Of a DNA stretch of 64,000 bases, positions 62,401 through 64,000 are shown piece after piece (position 1 is the first letter of the stretch; each line of letters starts with the position of its first letter). Made by a program: the position numbers and the translations under genes. The notes below the pieces were generated by a model. It did no database searches. It was not told the origin of the DNA and saw only the letters and a program-made list of their open reading frames with translations. Where the stretch lies: contig OZ024742.1 in the NCBI GenBank assembly GCA_964016885.1, positions 348,440,001 to 348,504,000 of the forward strand, read 5' to 3'. Source of the DNA: Eledone cirrhosa. Lineage: Eukaryota.

Positions 62401-64000
62401 TGTAGATGGACAGTTAAGGTGTTCTACTCAGGTGTGGTTGGACAGGTAAGGTGTTCTACTCAGGTGTAGGTGGACAGTTAAGGTGTTCTACTGATGTGTG
62501 GTTGGTTAGTTAAGGTGTTCTACTCAGGTGTAGTTGGACATTTAAGATGTTCTACGCAGGTGTAGTTGGACAGTTAATGTGTTCTCCTCATGTGTGATTG
62601 GACAGTTAAGGTGTTCTACTGATGCGTGGTTGGTTAGTTAAGGTGTTCTATTCAGGTGTAGTTGGACAGTTAAGGTGTTCTACTCAGGTGTAGTTGGACA
62701 GTTAAGGTGTTCTACTCAGGTGTAGTTGGACAGTTAAGGTGTTCTACTCAGGTGTGATTGGACAGTTAAGGTGTTCTACTCAGGTGTAGTTGGACAGTTA
62801 AGGTGTTCTCCTGATGTGTGGTTGGTTAGTTAAGGTGTTCTACTCAGGTGTAGTTGGACATTTAAGATGTTCTACGCAGGTGTAGTTGGACAGTTAATGT
62901 GTTCTCCTCATGTGTGATTGGACAGTTAAGGTGTTCTACTGATGCGTGGTTGGTTAGTTAAGGTGTTCTATTCAGGTGTAGTTGGACAGTTAAGGTGTTC
63001 TACTCAGGTGTAGTTGGACAGTTAAGGTGTTCTACTCAGGTGTAGTTGGACAGTTAAGGTGTTCTACTCAGGTGTGATTGGACAGTTAAGGTGTCCTACT
63101 CAGGTGTGGTTGAACAGTTAAGGTTTTCTACTCAGGTGTAGTTGGACAGTTAAGGTGTTCTATTCAGGTGTGGTTGAACAGTTAAGGTGTTCTACTGATG
63201 CGTGGTTGGACAGTTAAGGTGTTCTACTCAGGTGTAGTTGAACAGTTAAGGTGTTCTACTCAGGTGTAGTTGGACCGTTAAGGTGTTCTACTCAGGTGTG
63301 GTTGAACAGTTAAGGTGTTCTACTGATGTGTGGTTGGACAGTTAAGGTGTTCTACTCAGGTGTAGTTTGACAGTTAAGGTATTCTACTCAGGTGTGGTTG
63401 GACAGTTAAGGTGTTCTACTGATATGTGGTTGGACAGTTAAGGTGTTCTACTGATATGTGGTTGGTTAGTTAAGGTGTACTACTCAGGTGAAGTTGAACA
63501 GTTAAGGTGTTCTATTTAGGTGTAGTTGGACAGTTAAGGTGTTCTACTCAGGTGTGGTTGAACAGTTAATGTGTTCTACTGAGGTGTAGTTGGACAGTTA
63601 AGGTGTTCTATTCAGGTGTTGTTGAACAGTTAAGGTGTTCTACTGATGTGTGGTTGGACAGTTAAGGTGTTCTACTCAGGTGTAGTTGAACAGTTAAGGT
63701 GTTCTACTCAGGTGTGTTTGGACAGTTAAGGTGTTCTATTCAGGTGTGGTTGAACAGTTAAGGTGTTCTACTGATGTGTGGTTGGACAGTTAAGATGTCC
63801 TACTCAGATGTAGTTGAACAGTTAAGGTGTTCTATTCAGGTGTGGTTGAACAGTTAAAGTGTTCTACTCAGGTGTAGTTGGACAGTTAAGGTGTTCTACT
63901 CAGGTGTAGTTGGACAGTTAAGGTGTTCTACTGGTGTGTGGTTGGTTAGTTAAGGTGTTCTACTCATGTGTAGTTGGACATTTAAGGTGTTCTATTCAGG
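17495..64000. repeat. 32-bp tandem satellite array, >46.5 kb (~1,450 monomers), continuing past the window end
   Basis: Consensus GTTAAGGTGTTCTACTCAGGTGT(A/G)GTTG(G/A)ACA. Period 32 is confirmed by the line register recurring every 480 nt (15 x 32). One orientation throughout, with no inserted non-satellite sequence seen. Confidence 0.99.

Noticed and set aside
17495-64000. CRISPR array (32-bp repeats)
   Set aside because: The units are directly adjacent with no unique spacers, there are no cas genes, and the context is eukaryotic.
17495-64000. Repetitive protein-coding exon (mucin-like) within the array
   Set aside because: The period of 32 is not a multiple of 3, both strands carry recurrent TAA/TAG/TGA, and the ORF track shows nothing beyond 17588.
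17495-64000. True telomeric repeat
   Set aside because: TTAAGG only resembles TTAGGG and occurs once per 32 bp; there is no (TTAGGG)n run.

Overview
This is eukaryotic, repeat-dominated DNA with no host protein-coding gene. The SINE and RTE 3' sequences resemble cephalopod (Octopus-like) repeats as I recall them; this was not verified by a search. Bases 1-17.5 kb hold many mobile elements: a decayed RTE LINE, a CRE-like fragment, a tRNA-derived SINE, an intact tRNA-Leu(TAG) gene, and a head-to-tail stack of Tx1/L1-clade non-LTR retrotransposons inserted into (TA)/(CTAT)/(CT) microsatellites. The stack comprises a ~60-bp 3' stub, a degenerate full-length copy carrying a nested RTE insertion, a 5'-truncated copy, and a near-intact full-length copy with one nonsense codon in ORF2. 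MITE and SINE-like fragments follow. From ~17,495 to the window end (>46 kb, ~1,450 units) lies one uninterrupted array of a 32-bp satellite (GTTAAGGTGTTCTACTCAGGTGTRGTTGRACA) with kb-scale internal duplications. The most unusual signals are in the Tx1 family. They are a 75-bp duplication flanking the full-length copy, conserved intron-like GT..AG units in the 5'UTR and across the ORF1 stop codon, three covarying 3'UTR hairpins, and a conserved C-terminal ORF1 domain I do not recognise.
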